Below are positions 9,722-19,855 of a stretch of 64,000 nucleotides of DNA, piece by piece (within the stretch, counting starts at the first letter, position 1; each line of letters starts with the position of its first letter). Made by a program: the position numbers and the translations under genes. The notes under the pieces are model-generated. The model was not told the DNA's origin. It was given only the letters and a program-made list of their open reading frames with translations, and made no database searches. This DNA comes from an uncultured Bacilli bacterium (GTDB taxonomy: Bacteria; Bacillota_I; Bacilli_A; RFN20; CAG-826), in NCBI GenBank assembly GCA_934699525.1, contig CAKUWP010000004.1, positions 42,724-106,723 of the forward strand. The letters run 5' to 3'.

Positions 9722-10192
9722 TTAGCAATTTTTGGGATCAAAATCAAAATAGACTCTTCCTGTTTCTAGGCTGGCTCCTAGCCTTTTATAAAATTCGATG
9801 GAGTGGGTATTCCAATCCAAGCAACTCCATTCGAGTTTGGTATAGCCTTCGCCTTGAATCCATTCCACCAACCGAGTGAAAAATATCCTGCCATATCCTT
9901 GGTGACGATATTCCGGACGGATATACAAATCTTCCACATGGACGTTGGCTTTGGCAGAGAACGAACCAAAAGTCGGGTAATAGATCGCGTAACCGATGTT
10001 CTGCCCCTCTTGGTTTTCTGCAAGGAGAGCGGTGGCAACCTGCTTTTCAAAAAGCCAATCTTTCAATTGCCCTTTCGTGCCTGTCATATCCTGGGGACGT
10101 TTTTCATAAGCGGCGAGTCCGTTAATTAATTCATAGACAAGATCGATATCTTCTTCCATTGCTTTTCTTAATAACAATTGTTTTGTTCCCAT
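9722..10192 (-). CDS. GNAT family N-acetyltransferase
   Basis: 156 aa with an acetyl-CoA binding motif RPEYRHQGYGRIFF. Confidence 0.8.
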   Translation of the reverse strand: MGTKQLLLRKAMEEDIDLVYELINGLAAYEKRPQDMTGTKGQLKDWLFEKQVATALLAENQEGQNIGYAIYYPTFGSFSAKANVHVEDLYIRPEYRHQGYGRIFFTRLVEWIQGEGYTKLEWSCLDWNTHSIEFYKRLGASLETGRVYFDFDPKNC

Positions 10193-10317
10193 GACCGACT
10201 CCTCCGTTTTAGGCGGGGAGATTCTATCAAGAATTTATCTTTTATTCTCGCTTCTAGATAAAGCAAACGGCCCCGTTATTTACGGAGCCGTTAGCGCTTA
10301 TAAAAACGGAAGGATAT

Positions 10318-11634
10318 TTATTTCACGACGTAAGAAATCGTAATGGAAGCGTTCTTGGAGGCAAAATTCGTTTCATCAATGAGTTTGAAGAAAGAATTTC
10401 CCGATGGAATCGGATAGGCATAAACACCATCCGTATAAGTCGGGGTGACCGCGGTGCCCGGATTGGTATCCGAAATCACCGAGGAAGAAACATAGCAGCT
10501 AAGAACACCATAATACTGGTGTTTAGAAACATCCTTTTCCGTCACCGTGATGGAGGTCAACGTGCCAAGTGAATCCACGTTATAAAGATACCCCGATCCT
10601 TTTTGGGCGTTTCTAAATTGAATGTAGCCATTCGTAAACATGATCGAATCCAATTTGAAGAGAACGTTATTCTTCGTGATTTCGGCAGCCCCGTATTTTG
10701 CAGGGAAATCAGAAGGAGAGAATTCCACGTTATTGGCTCCGGGGATAATGGGGACATATTTGGAAATTTGAATGGAGAAATAGCCTTCTCTAGCCATGTA
10801 TTCGACTTTGAGGAGGTTGGTTTCGTGAATCGCGGTTCCGTTTTTCGAATCTACGGTATACCCGGCATTGGTCAAAGCAGTTTCGTAGTTTGCAACATAG
10901 GTCGCTTCTTCGATGCTAGTATCGTAATTCCCGCCGACGGCAAAATAGGTTTCTCCGGAAGCATAACCATCATACTTCTGTCCTGCTAACAAAGGGAAAG
11001 AAGGGAGGACCGATTCATCAAGTTTTTCGAGTTTAAAGAAGGCAGCAACCGCTTCATAGGGGAAGGTTTCATAGGTAGGAGCCCCTTCTTCATACCAAGC
11101 GAAGACTTCAAAGGCACCGAAATCGAGATTATAGTCGAACTGAACGTTGATTCGATCGTTCGAATCTTCTATCGCATAGGTGTAATAATAAACATCACCA
11201 TCTTCGTCGGTTTGTTTACTATCAAAAACAAAGGAAGCAGCGGCAAGTTGTTTCCCGTAGCTTTCCGACAAATCGCCGCATTCATAATCATAGGCGATGA
11301 AGCATTCTTCGTCTTGGTCCGTTCCGCTGGCGTTGACGTAGGCGTTAGTAAAGCCTCCGGGGAAAGGCAAACAGGTATATCCATGGAGATACTTGGACAT
11401 GTCCTTCAAATCGGATTCGGACCAGGCCGTCGGATTCGTTTCATCTGGTGTAGATTCGGTGGTATTTCCCGAAGTCGTGGAGGATTCCCCAACGTTTTCC
11501 GACGTCGTGGAGGAGGCGCTGTTTCCGTTATTGGAAGCATTTCCCGTATTGCTGGAAGCTCCGCCTTGGGAGCCACAGGAAACTAGACCCATGCACATCG
11601 ATGCAAGGGCTAAAGCAATCCATTTTTTAGTCAT
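10318..11634 (-). CDS. lipoprotein with a Ser/Thr/Asn-rich linker, unknown function
   Basis: 438 aa with a lipobox LVSCGS and a low-complexity S/T/N-rich region. Confidence 0.7.
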   Translation of the reverse strand: MTKKWIALALASMCMGLVSCGSQGGASSNTGNASNNGNSASSTTSENVGESSTTSGNTTESTPDETNPTAWSESDLKDMSKYLHGYTCLPFPGGFTNAYVNASGTDQDEECFIAYDYECGDLSESYGKQLAAASFVFDSKQTDEDGDVYYYTYAIEDSNDRINVQFDYNLDFGAFEVFAWYEEGAPTYETFPYEAVAAFFKLEKLDESVLPSFPLLAGQKYDGYASGETYFAVGGNYDTSIEEATYVANYETALTNAGYTVDSKNGTAIHETNLLKVEYMAREGYFSIQISKYVPIIPGANNVEFSPSDFPAKYGAAEITKNNVLFKLDSIMFTNGYIQFRNAQKGSGYLYNVDSLGTLTSITVTEKDVSKHQYYGVLSCYVSSSVISDTNPGTAVTPTYTDGVYAYPIPSGNSFFKLIDETNFASKNASITISYVVK

Positions 11635-11847
11635 TTTTTAACCTCTAAAATACTGGGTTATTCTAAAACAATTCCTAAAAGGAATAAATTTCTTTTTAAA
11701 GCCGCCGCAAGAGAACAGGGATCGAATTTATGACTACAAAGCCGAAATGGCCGCATGTTCGTTTTAATCAGGGGCAACATTATCGGCAATAAATCGAAAA
11801 CTTATATAAACTATTGCGTTTTTTGCCGATAGATAGATAATACCGTT

Positions 11848-12744
11848 ATGAGTGAATTCATAAGCGTCAAAGAAGCGTCCATTCAATGGAATCTATCGGA
11901 AAGAACCGTCCGGAACTATTGCTCTCTTGGGAGAGTACATGGGGCGATTTTAGTTGGCAAAACATGGAAAATTCCCGCGGGAGCAAAGAAACCGATCCGA
12001 ACCAACGAAAAAGAAGGGAAAAACTATCTTTTGGAGAGGCTGCGCTTAGAAAAGAAAAATCAAATCAAAGGCGGCATCTACCATAAACTGATGATTGACC
12101 TCACCTTCAACTCCAATCACATGGAAGGCAATGAACTCACTCACGATGAGACGAGGTACATCTTTGAAACGAAAACGATAGGAATCGAAAAGAATACCAG
12201 CAAAAAAGTAGACGATATCGTAGAAACGATGAATCATTTTGCCGCCATCGATCGCGTCATTGATTTTGCTAACTATCCATTAAGCGAAACTTTTATCAAA
12301 GAATTACACAAAATACTTAAATCGAATACTAGCGATTCTAGGCTCCCTTATTTCGCCGTTGGCGATTATAAGAAGATGCCCAATGAAGTTGGCGGTTTGG
12401 AAACGACTCACCCAAGGCTTGTGGGGTCCGAAATGAAGAAACTTCTTAGCCAATATAACAAAAAGGAAAGCCATTCTTTGGAAGAAATCGTGGAATTTCA
12501 TGTCCAATTTGAAAGGATTCACCCCTTTCAAGACGGAAACGGAAGGGTGGGCCGCTTAATCGCATTCAAAGAATGCCTAAAGAACAACCTGGTTCCCTTT
12601 ATTATTTTCGACGATAAGAAGGTTTTCTATTATCGGGGCTTAAAGAATTGGGATCAAGAACACGGTTGGCTTATGGACACCTGTTTGGAGGGACAAGATA
12701 TCGTTAAGACGTATTTGGATTATTTCAATATTGCCTATCGATAA
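11848..12744 (+). CDS. Fic family protein (HTH plus Fic domain)
   Basis: 298 aa with the canonical Fic motif HPFQDGNGRVGR and an N-terminal HTH. Confidence 0.85.
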   Translation: MSEFISVKEASIQWNLSERTVRNYCSLGRVHGAILVGKTWKIPAGAKKPIRTNEKEGKNYLLERLRLEKKNQIKGGIYHKLMIDLTFNSNHMEGNELTHDETRYIFETKTIGIEKNTSKKVDDIVETMNHFAAIDRVIDFANYPLSETFIKELHKILKSNTSDSRLPYFAVGDYKKMPNEVGGLETTHPRLVGSEMKKLLSQYNKKESHSLEEIVEFHVQFERIHPFQDGNGRVGRLIAFKECLKNNLVPFIIFDDKKVFYYRGLKNWDQEHGWLMDTCLEGQDIVKTYLDYFNIAYR

Positions 12745-12802
12745 AATCAAAGCCCATAAAAGAAAAAAGTACTGACTTTGGCATCAATACTTTCGTTTTT
12801 AT

Positions 12803-12835
12803 TGGCGCCGGGACGGATTCGAATCGGCGAGGCAC
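12803..12835 (-). repeat. degenerate partial copy of the tRNA-Arg 3' end (T-arm and acceptor), a candidate attachment-site direct repeat
   Basis: tggcgccgggacggattcgaatcggcgagg versus the tRNA 3' end tggcgcgccgggacggattcgaaccggcgacc at 14983. The copy has A in place of the G53:C61 T-stem pair of the tRNA. Confidence 0.6.
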
Positions 12836-13391
12836 GTATCGCGATGGGGACAATTCCCATTCGCTTTCGGTATCGGAGTTCGACTTGGAAAGCGAGAGGC
12901 CGCCTCCAGCGAGCATGGGAACAGGCGAAAGAGCAGGGGCGGGGAACGCAAAAAGAAAGGCTGAAAGCCCCTCGTGGAAGCTGGGGCGAAACCACCCATG
13001 AAAAAATGGTGATTTCAAACAAGAAATACCACGGGAAACAAATAACGTCATAGCGACGCGTAGAATGGTACGAAAACAAGGTTCCATGGATACCTAATTA
13101 CCGCCCAACGAAATGAACCAAAGACGACAAACAGTGAAGCTTGAATAGCAGCTACGGCCAAAACCTCTGCGATAACGAGATCATTTAATTCTTTTTAAAT
13201 GATTGTATCCAAGCGATGCCGAATTTTTGATATTGCGCCATGGGTGCCATGGTTTGTTCTTTCACGCCTTCGCCTATCGTTCATTATTCATTGGTTTCGC
13301 GCGGAGGGTTTGGATGCCAAATGTCATGGAAAGCATTCCCACCAATGTGACAATGAAATAATCCAGTCAAAACTACAGCATAAGTTCGGTA

Positions 13392-14726
13392 TTATTTTAG
13401 AACCTCCCAATGGCCGCCTTTATCGGGGCCAACACGTTTTATCAGTCCTTCTTCCTGCAATTTATTTAGATGATGTCTAACGCTACCCTCGGTCACATTT
13501 AGCAATAACATCAAATCCTTTCTAGAGAGCATTCCATTACTACTTAATAATTCCATAATCGATTCTCTAATTTTTTCTGGCAGTTTTCTGTCACTGGTTC
13601 TGGTTGTTTTATTAAATCCTTGTCTATTGAACGGTATTACAACATCAATGTAAAAATCTGTGAAAATATACGCATCATCCCCATAAGCCTTCACCACCGA
13701 CGGAACTCCATGTCCGCTTTCTTCCGCAAAATTGCACGCTCTAAAGATATCAAATAGCTGTTTGTTTACCGGCTCGCTTTTCCCTTTTAGAAATTGTTCT
13801 TTGGTTAAAGCCCTAGGAATACCTCCAAACGACTCTATTTCTAATCTGTCATTGAAAACATAAATACCCGGATGATTGCTCTCGCTCCATTTATTGTGGA
13901 CGCAGGCATTGATCCAGGCTTGTTCAAAAGCCTCGGTATCAAACATTTTAAGTTCTTTTCTCGGCGTCGTATCTAAATTAACAAAAGTCTGATTAATGGA
14001 ATTGATATAATTTTTGGCCTGTTCCATAGCAAGCAAAAGGCATTTGCCACCAAATTCTTCTCTTTTAAGATACTCCGTTTTATCGGAGGATGAGAAAGTT
14101 GCCACATTAATTACAATGTCATTGGTGTCAGCTAAAATTTCCGCCAAATAATTATATTCGCCGTCTTTCGTAAGCAAATGATAATTATCTAAAAATGTCT
14201 CATCGGAAATATGGTTGTTATTTGATAGCAAATAATTCTTAAGGATTTTAAATGTGAGATGTTTTTTTCTAGAAGGGATATCAATGATGTTGATATCTTT
14301 AATGGTCAAAGATTTGATGAAACGATCCTGTATTTCTTCAGGCAACAAGCTTCTGCATGAAGACCCTATTCTGATATAGCATCCATTCTCAGACAAACCA
14401 TATTTTTTAATGTAAAATAGTTGGTTCCCCTTCTTTATATCAATTCTAATAATGCTTTTTCCTTCTATAGTCTTTCTTTTAGGCGTAACAAAAGAAACAC
14501 ACCTAGGCGAAATTTGATCCGTTACTATATCCGATATCGCTCTGAGAGAATCGTCAATATTTTTAACGCCAATAACATTTCTATTTTTATCTATCCCAAT
14601 ATAAACGGATCCCCCCTCGGTATTCAAAAAGGCAACGATTTCTTTGGGCAATGTATTATTAACAATTTCTTTCAATTCAACCTTATTGTCTTCGTCATCA
14701 AACATAACAATATTCTCTCCAGACAA
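13392..14726 (-). CDS. AlbA_2/Schlafen-like domain ATP-binding protein (COG2865-type putative regulator)
   Basis: 444 aa. The N-terminus (FLNTEGGSVYIGIDKNRNVIGV) is typical of AlbA_2 and the C-terminus has a wHTH. Confidence 0.65.
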   Translation of the reverse strand: MSGENIVMFDDEDNKVELKEIVNNTLPKEIVAFLNTEGGSVYIGIDKNRNVIGVKNIDDSLRAISDIVTDQISPRCVSFVTPKRKTIEGKSIIRIDIKKGNQLFYIKKYGLSENGCYIRIGSSCRSLLPEEIQDRFIKSLTIKDINIIDIPSRKKHLTFKILKNYLLSNNNHISDETFLDNYHLLTKDGEYNYLAEILADTNDIVINVATFSSSDKTEYLKREEFGGKCLLLAMEQAKNYINSINQTFVNLDTTPRKELKMFDTEAFEQAWINACVHNKWSESNHPGIYVFNDRLEIESFGGIPRALTKEQFLKGKSEPVNKQLFDIFRACNFAEESGHGVPSVVKAYGDDAYIFTDFYIDVVIPFNRQGFNKTTRTSDRKLPEKIRESIMELLSSNGMLSRKDLMLLLNVTEGSVRHHLNKLQEEGLIKRVGPDKGGHWEVLK

Positions 14727-14738
14727 TTATATAATATC

Positions 14739-14779
14739 AAAAACAACCAGAAACAACCAGAAAACAACCAGAAAACAAG
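14739..14779. repeat. short tandem repeat (AAACAACCAG x about 3.5)
   Basis: Seen directly in sequence, upstream of the 13392..14726 start. Confidence 0.8.
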
Positions 14780-14982
14780 CAATAAAAATGCAATAACGTT
14801 CATAATAAGCCATACCATGCGTCGAATCGTGTCGACGGATGATTCCGTTTTTAAGACACTCGGCGAAAAATGAACTTCGTCACACTTCTTCCTTTCCAAA
14901 TCCCCCTTAGGGCAAAGCAAGGAAAAAAGACGATAAAACCAAAAAAACTCCGATATTTTACATATCGAAGTCTTTTTTCATT

Positions 14983-15059
14983 TGGCGCGCCGGGACGGAT
15001 TCGAACCGGCGACCGCGAGTTTCGAAGACTCGTGCTCTGTCCAGCTGAGCTACCGGCGC
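14983..15059 (-). tRNA. tRNA-Arg (anticodon TCG)
   Basis: Folded by hand into a 77-nt cloverleaf with a 7-bp acceptor stem GCGCCGG/CCGGCGC. It has an anticodon loop CTTCGAA, a TTCGAAT T-loop and an encoded CCA. Confidence 0.85.
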
Positions 15060-15110
15060 ACTCCAAGGATTATATCTCTATCATCCCGTTCTTGTCGAAT
15101 GAATCAGTCT

Positions 15111-16526
15111 TTATTGAGCGGTCTTTTCTTGGGGGATAGCATCGAATTTCTTGGTCTTTTTCTTGAAAACGATGACGGTGAAAATCAAAGCGTAGGCGGT
15201 TCCTGCGGCTTCGGAAAGGTAACTTGCCCACCAAATGCCATCGATGCCAAAGAAATAGCCAAATACGAAACCAAAGAGGAATAATCCCGCCAGCAAGCGG
15301 ATGATCGTGGCAATCATCGGATGGACGCCATTGCCAAGTCCTTGGAGGACGCCATTAGAAATGATGCAAAAAGAAGCAATGAGGAAGGTGGGGGGCACGA
15401 TGCACATAAGCTGGACTCCACAATCGATCCATTGTTCATCCAAGTTGAAGGCAAGAAGCAAGGGCTTAGGAATCGCTTCGAAGACGATAACGCCGATTCC
15501 TGCGATAATCAGGCCATAAATATAACCCCACTTCGCCGCGATGAAGGCACGCTCCTTGTTCTTGTTGCCATAATTGAAGGCCACAATCGGAAGCATCGCA
15601 TTCACTAACCCATAAAGTGCCATGAAGACGAAGTTCTGCAGTTTAAAGAAGACGCCATAAACGCCAACGAGCATATCTTGGGTCGGGCCCGCGCCTAACA
15701 AAACCATGAAAAGCAATTGATAGACGAGGGGCTGGAGGCTTTGAAGGGCCTGCAAAGCGATGCTAGGAAGACCAACGCGAAGGATTTTGCCCATCATGGG
15801 GAAATCAAAACGGATGTGTTCTTTCTCAATCCGGATTTCTTTGTTGACGAAGGCCACAAGCAAGAAACCAACAACCATGGATACCATTTGGCCGATGATC
15901 GTGGCGATCGCCGCTCCTTCTACTCCCATTCCCCACACGAGGATGAAAAGGGGATCCAGGGCGATATTCACGACGGCACCCGATAACTGCATGACCATGG
16001 CTAGATTGGTTTTGCCGGTCGCGGCAAGGGAACGTTCGCTAACGAGTTGCAGCAATTGGCCAAAGGAGAAAATGAAGCATAAACCCAAATATTTCGAGCC
16101 CATCTCGATGATGGTTTCATCGCTTGTCACGGAGCTAAAATAGAATTTGCCATAGAAAATCGCTAAGCCAAACGCCAAGAAGGCCACGAAGAAAAATAGC
16201 ATTAACGCATAGCCGTTGATGCAAGCTTTCGCAGCCTTGTCGTTTTTGCCTTGGCCCAAAGCTTTCGACAAAACGGCATTGACTCCAATTCCCGTGCCGA
16301 TTGCCACCGCAACAAGCAAAGTCTGAAGGGGGAAGGCATAGCCCAAAGCCACGATGGCTTGGCTATTGGAAGGGGCGGGCATCATGCCGATGAAGATGCT
16401 ATCGACGATGTTATAGAGGGCGCTCACGACCATCGAAAACATCATGGGGAGAGCCGTTTTCAGCAATAAAGAAGGGATGCGGTCGCTGCTCATGCGTTCG
16501 GCCGAGCTTTTTTTGATTTTCTTCAT
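15111..16526 (-). CDS. MATE family efflux transporter
   Basis: 471 aa with 12 TM segments and typical MATE composition. Confidence 0.85.
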   Translation of the reverse strand: MKKIKKSSAERMSSDRIPSLLLKTALPMMFSMVVSALYNIVDSIFIGMMPAPSNSQAIVALGYAFPLQTLLVAVAIGTGIGVNAVLSKALGQGKNDKAAKACINGYALMLFFFVAFLAFGLAIFYGKFYFSSVTSDETIIEMGSKYLGLCFIFSFGQLLQLVSERSLAATGKTNLAMVMQLSGAVVNIALDPLFILVWGMGVEGAAIATIIGQMVSMVVGFLLVAFVNKEIRIEKEHIRFDFPMMGKILRVGLPSIALQALQSLQPLVYQLLFMVLLGAGPTQDMLVGVYGVFFKLQNFVFMALYGLVNAMLPIVAFNYGNKNKERAFIAAKWGYIYGLIIAGIGVIVFEAIPKPLLLAFNLDEQWIDCGVQLMCIVPPTFLIASFCIISNGVLQGLGNGVHPMIATIIRLLAGLFLFGFVFGYFFGIDGIWWASYLSEAAGTAYALIFTVIVFKKKTKKFDAIPQEKTAQ

Positions 16527-16639
16527 AAAAAAATACCTCGTGGAATGTTCGTTTCACGGGGCGAAAAGTAAGCTATGCTTAGGAAAAGATCCACCGCTAT
16601 TTTCGGCCCTATTTTACGGGGCGAAATGGAAAAATGCAA

Positions 16640-16960
16640 CTAACGATTTTTGGGATGGAATGAAGGCAAATGGTTAGGATGAGTTTTGATTTTTGCCACT
16701 ACTTCTTCGAGTTTTTCTCGGGCTTTTCTTAAATCGATATCCGCTTGAAGGAAGAGGAAATAAGAATCGGAAACTCCAAAATAGGCGCCGAGGCGAATGG
16801 AGGTATCCGCGGTGATCCCGATATGGTTATCGAGGATTCCTCGAATTCGAGAATAGGGGACATCGATATCCTGGGCTAGGCGAAAGGCGGAGACGCCAAA
16901 AGGAACCATAAATTCTCGAAGGAGGATTTCCCCTATCTTTGGCGTCTGAATTTTACCCAT
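16640..16960 (-). CDS. HigA-family XRE-type antitoxin-like HTH protein (orphan)
   Basis: 106 aa with an XRE HTH. No HigB-like partner is visible nearby. Confidence 0.65.
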   Translation of the reverse strand: MGKIQTPKIGEILLREFMVPFGVSAFRLAQDIDVPYSRIRGILDNHIGITADTSIRLGAYFGVSDSYFLFLQADIDLRKAREKLEEVVAKIKTHPNHLPSFHPKNR

Positions 16961-17043
16961 TCCTTTTTTGCCTCCTAAGGCATTTTAGTCTTCTTTATAT
17001 AATAAGGAAAAAGGATTCCAGTACTCCCAGAATCCCTTTTTCG

Positions 17044-17229
17044 TTATTTTTGTTTTTTATAGGTGTCGTGATACATTTCAACCAAGCGATTGCCCTTCTT
17101 CTTTTTGGAAGAGGAGCAGGAACAGCTTTCTAGGCTTTCTCCCCGCTTGATTTTCCTTCCTAGATAAACGCCCATAAATAGAAGGAAGGAAACGATGAAG
17201 ATGATCGTAACGATTTCGGTCCAATGCAT
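17044..17229 (-). CDS. FeoB-associated Cys-rich membrane protein
   Basis: 61 aa with one TM segment and a CSCSSS motif, immediately downstream of feoB. Confidence 0.65.
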   Translation of the reverse strand: MHWTEIVTIIFIVSFLLFMGVYLGRKIKRGESLESCSCSSSKKKKGNRLVEMYHDTYKKQK

Positions 17230-17251
17230 AAGGTTTCCTCCTTTTTAAGAA

Positions 17252-19519
17252 TTAAGCCGCAGCCGCTTCTTTTTTCTTTTTGGCTTTGTCATAGAAATAA
17301 AGCCCAACGAATCCTCCAGCAAGGACCGGGAGAGTGATCGCCAAGGTCCAAACGTATTGGAGGGTGACGTAAGTCAAGCAGCCCATCGCATAGCTAAGGA
17401 TCAGCCAGAAGAGGACGGTGCCGACATAGGCTTTGCCTTTGCCAAGTTCTCCTTTTGCCGCGGCAACCGAAGCAAAGCAAGGAATCGTAAGCATGTTGAA
17501 GACGGCGAAGGCAGCTAGAGCAGCGGGGCTGATACCCATCGAGGCCACAAGGCCTTCGAAGCCGTCTTGGCCAAGGATTTCGGCCAAAGAGGCAACAACC
17601 GAGGTGACGTTTTCTTTGGCGACGATACCTTCTATGGATGCTACCGCCAAAGTCCAGCCATTGGCTCCGGCTTGAGTGCCGAATCCCATCGGGGTGAATA
17701 GGGGTTGGATGAGCATGCCGAGGCTTTGCAGGATCGACCCTTGTCCATCCGCTTCGACCATTTGCCAGTTCCAGGAGAAATTAGCGAGGAACCAGACGAC
17801 GATTGTCGAGGCAAGAATGATCGTGAAGGCTTTTTGGATGAAGTGTTTGCCTTTATCCCAAACGTGGAGAGAAAGGGCGCGGAATTGCGGGGCGTGATAG
17901 GCGGGAAGCTCCATGATGAAGGGAGGGACTTTCTCGCGTTGGGTCGTCTTGTTCATGACGATGACGGAGAAGATGGCAATCACAACGCCAAGGAGGTAGA
18001 GCAAGAAGGTGAATAGCCCAGCATCGAATCCTGCCGAAGCAGCCACGGCAGCGGCGATAACCGCCAAGAATTCGGCTTTGGCTCCGCAGGTGAAGAAGGG
18101 GATGACGCGAAGCGTTTTCACGCGTTCTTTGTCGCTAGCAAGGGTGCGGGTGTTGATCATCGCAGGGACGGCGCAACCAAATCCCATGATCATCGGGATG
18201 AAGGCGCGTCCCGAGACGCCGAAGCGGCGGAACAAACGGTCCAACATGAAGGCCACGCGAGCCATGTAGCCCGAATCCTCCATGAAGGCGAAGAAAGCGA
18301 ATAGCAACATGATTTGGGGAACGAATCCGAGGACGGCCGTAACGCCGGTGATGACACCGTCATAGAAGAATCCCATGACCCAATCCGGGGCGTTGCAGAC
18401 ATACATCAGTTGTTTGAATCCCAAGGCGATGCAGCCGAGGATTCCCGTTTCTTGGTCTCCGGCGAGACGGTGGAGGAATTCTCCGATCGAGACGATGCCC
18501 GCATCGTCATAGAAGAGCCCTTCGAAGGGGTGCACTTCTTCTCCAGCAATCATGAAGGAGATAAATCCGGGATAGGTGTCGAGCTTGAGCCCCATCGCAT
18601 TCATATAGAAGAGGTCACCCGCGAAGGTGAAATGGAACACTAAGAAGAGGAGAGCGACCATGATGAGGGGTCCAAAGACGCGGTGGGTGAGGACCCGGTC
18701 GATCTTATCCGACTTGGATAATTTGTCTTTCTCTTTCTTTTCCTTGCCCGAGACGATTTTCTCGCAGGCGGGGGTAAGAGCTTGGTAACGGAGATCGGCG
18801 ATATCCGCTTCATAGTCTTTTTCTTTGGCTTCGGGAAGCTCTTGGACTTTTTGGTAGCAGTCTTTGTTCTCGATTGCTTCGTGCTCATCCTTTTCAAAGG
18901 CTTTGATCGCGCGGAAGAGGGAATGAGAGATTTCACCCGCTTCATAAATGGCTTTGGCTTTCTCAATCGAGGCATCTTGAATCAAGGTGATTCCTTGTCG
19001 CGAATGCTCGCTTGCTTTTTTCGCTTCGACCATCAAGTCTTCTAGACCCGAATTGCGGAGAGCCGAAATCGGGCAGACAGGGATGCCAAGAAGGTCGCGG
19101 AGGGCTTTGTAATCAATGGAAACCCCATTTTCTTTCAAAGCATCGACCATGTTGACCGCGGCAACGACGGGGACATCCATCTCAAGAATTTGAGTGGTGA
19201 GGTAGAGGTTTCTCTCCAAGTTCGTTCCGTCGATGACGTTAATGATGACATCGGGCTTTTCTTTGAGGATATAGTCCCGAGAAATCACTTCTTCGGGGGT
19301 ATAGGGGGACAAAGAGTAAATGCCCGGAAGGTCGACGATTTCTACGCCTTCCTTCTTCTTTTTGTCTCCTTTGAAATAGAAGGTTCCGCTGCGCTTCTCC
19401 ACCGTGACTCCCGGCCAGTTTCCGACATAAGCCGTCGATCCGGTCAGCGAGTTGAACAACGTGGTTTTGCCGCAGTTAGGGTTGCCGGCTAAGGCAACGC
19501 GAAGGTGCTTATTTTCCAT
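17252..19519 (-). CDS. feoB: ferrous iron transporter FeoB
   Basis: 755 aa with an N-terminal G domain (GNPNCGKTTLFN) and a C-terminal permease. Confidence 0.95.
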   Translation of the reverse strand: MENKHLRVALAGNPNCGKTTLFNSLTGSTAYVGNWPGVTVEKRSGTFYFKGDKKKKEGVEIVDLPGIYSLSPYTPEEVISRDYILKEKPDVIINVIDGTNLERNLYLTTQILEMDVPVVAAVNMVDALKENGVSIDYKALRDLLGIPVCPISALRNSGLEDLMVEAKKASEHSRQGITLIQDASIEKAKAIYEAGEISHSLFRAIKAFEKDEHEAIENKDCYQKVQELPEAKEKDYEADIADLRYQALTPACEKIVSGKEKKEKDKLSKSDKIDRVLTHRVFGPLIMVALLFLVFHFTFAGDLFYMNAMGLKLDTYPGFISFMIAGEEVHPFEGLFYDDAGIVSIGEFLHRLAGDQETGILGCIALGFKQLMYVCNAPDWVMGFFYDGVITGVTAVLGFVPQIMLLFAFFAFMEDSGYMARVAFMLDRLFRRFGVSGRAFIPMIMGFGCAVPAMINTRTLASDKERVKTLRVIPFFTCGAKAEFLAVIAAAVAASAGFDAGLFTFLLYLLGVVIAIFSVIVMNKTTQREKVPPFIMELPAYHAPQFRALSLHVWDKGKHFIQKAFTIILASTIVVWFLANFSWNWQMVEADGQGSILQSLGMLIQPLFTPMGFGTQAGANGWTLAVASIEGIVAKENVTSVVASLAEILGQDGFEGLVASMGISPAALAAFAVFNMLTIPCFASVAAAKGELGKGKAYVGTVLFWLILSYAMGCLTYVTLQYVWTLAITLPVLAGGFVGLYFYDKAKKKKEAAAA

Positions 19520-19820
19520 CTGTTGCTCCTTTCTTTGGCAAATCGGTGATGATGATTTGCACGAATTCCGCTTCCGCGTGGCGAACAGTCAGTTCATAGC
19601 CACGCAAGGTGAGCTCAATGGGGTCTCCTAAAGGCGCCCGTTTGCGAACGAAGAGCTCCGCTCCGGGGGTAAGTCCCATGTCGAAGAGCCGACGACGGAT
19701 TCTTCCTTCTCCTTGGACCGCTTTGATCGTGCCGGAGGTGCCGACATCGACTTGGGCTAGGCTCACGATTTGTCCGACTTGGTAATTCACCACTTCGGAC
19801 CCGTTAAATTCCTTTTCCAT
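19509..19820 (-). CDS. feoA: FeoA family protein
   Basis: 103 aa with an SH3-like FeoA fold signature. Confidence 0.8.
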   Translation of the reverse strand: MEKEFNGSEVVNYQVGQIVSLAQVDVGTSGTIKAVQGEGRIRRRLFDMGLTPGAELFVRKRAPLGDPIELTLRGYELTVRHAEAEFVQIIITDLPKKGATDGK

Positions 19821-19855
19821 GCTTTTCCTTTCTTGTTGATGAATGAGGTGGGGGA

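Noticed and set aside
12725-13087. 120-aa and 110-aa minus-strand ORFs and a 91-aa plus-strand ORF in the GC-rich block.
   Set aside because: They overlap in all frames, have implausible composition, and one runs into the Fic gene 3' end. The region is more likely non-coding.
12803-13150. tmRNA (ssrA) on the minus strand, suggested by the tRNA-like 3' end, about 350-nt size and G/C-run pseudoknot-like sequence.
   Set aside because: There is no GGGG 5' acceptor strand complementary to the 3' end, no GGAUUCGAC element in register, and no tag-peptide ORF ending in (A)LAA. The tRNA-like piece has a broken T-stem pair and matches tRNA-Arg rather than tRNA-Ala. A Rfam scan would still be worthwhile.
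17433-19492. Multiple plus-strand ORFs inside feoB.
   Set aside because: They are antisense to a confidently identified gene. Their composition is typical of reverse-frame artefacts.
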